Below are positions 13,658 through 13,731 of a DNA stretch of 13,731 nucleotides, one piece after another (position 1 is the first letter of the stretch; each line of letters opens with the position of its first letter). Source of the DNA: Coleofasciculus chthonoplastes F2-STO-03 (GTDB lineage Bacteria; Cyanobacteriota; Cyanobacteriia; Cyanobacteriales; Coleofasciculaceae); contig JAVJWO010000187.1 of assembly GCA_040222015.1 (NCBI GenBank), forward strand, positions 1-13,731, in the 5' to 3' direction. The translations under genes were made by a program, and so were the position numbers. The notes beneath the pieces were generated by a model. That model was not told the origin of the DNA, ran no database searches, and saw only the letters and a program-made list of their open reading frames with translations.

Positions 13658-13731
13658 ATTGTAGGGGCGGGTTTAGGGACAATTTTTGGGGCGGGTTTAG
13701 GGACAATTGTAGGGGCGGGTTTAGGGACAAT
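13658..13731 (+). repeat. Tandem 24-nt repeat of a REP-like left arm (ATTGTAGGGGCGGGTTTAGGGACA x3, cut by window end)
   Basis: Units at 13658-13681, 13682-13705 (two substitutions) and 13706-13729, with no spacers. Confidence 0.92.

Noticed and set aside
13491..13731. CRISPR array or the 79-aa SLNPPLQ-repeat ORF
   Set aside because: The 24-nt units are head-to-tail without spacers, and the ORF merely translates repeats.

Overview
This is a cyanobacterial chromosomal segment. About 17 perfect HIP1 GCGATCGC sites counted by eye, heptamer STRR tracts and GTAG-type palindromic repeats point to a filamentous Oscillatoriales/Coleofasciculus-like genome. The window opens with the 3' end and right end of an IS200/IS605-family tnpB element inserted into the last codons of mtnC, followed by an mtnB carrying a large in-frame internal deletion. 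Next come a Zn-dependent MDR dehydrogenase, a conserved hypothetical gene, gatB and a cluster of REP-like palindromes. These are followed by a decayed MNT antitoxin with a 5-codon relic of its HEPN partner, and two AT-rich orphan ORFs downstream of a UvrD/PcrA-like helicase. The right half holds a structured repeat region, a 77-aa orphan ORF, a DUF389 gene with a ZIP-like membrane gene, a repeat-rich intergenic region, a PAS-class III nucleotide cyclase-TPR gene and more repeats. The most notable observations are: (1) the IS rewrites the MtnC C-terminus and its predicted TnpB guide comes from mtnC; (2) two genes have lost their catalytic cores through clean in-frame deletions; (3) tiny 21- and 26-nt twin-hairpin elements are nested inside larger structured repeats; (4) an orphan gene pair sits where a HEPN toxin would be expected. 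All family assignments come from motif recognition by eye; no database searches were run.
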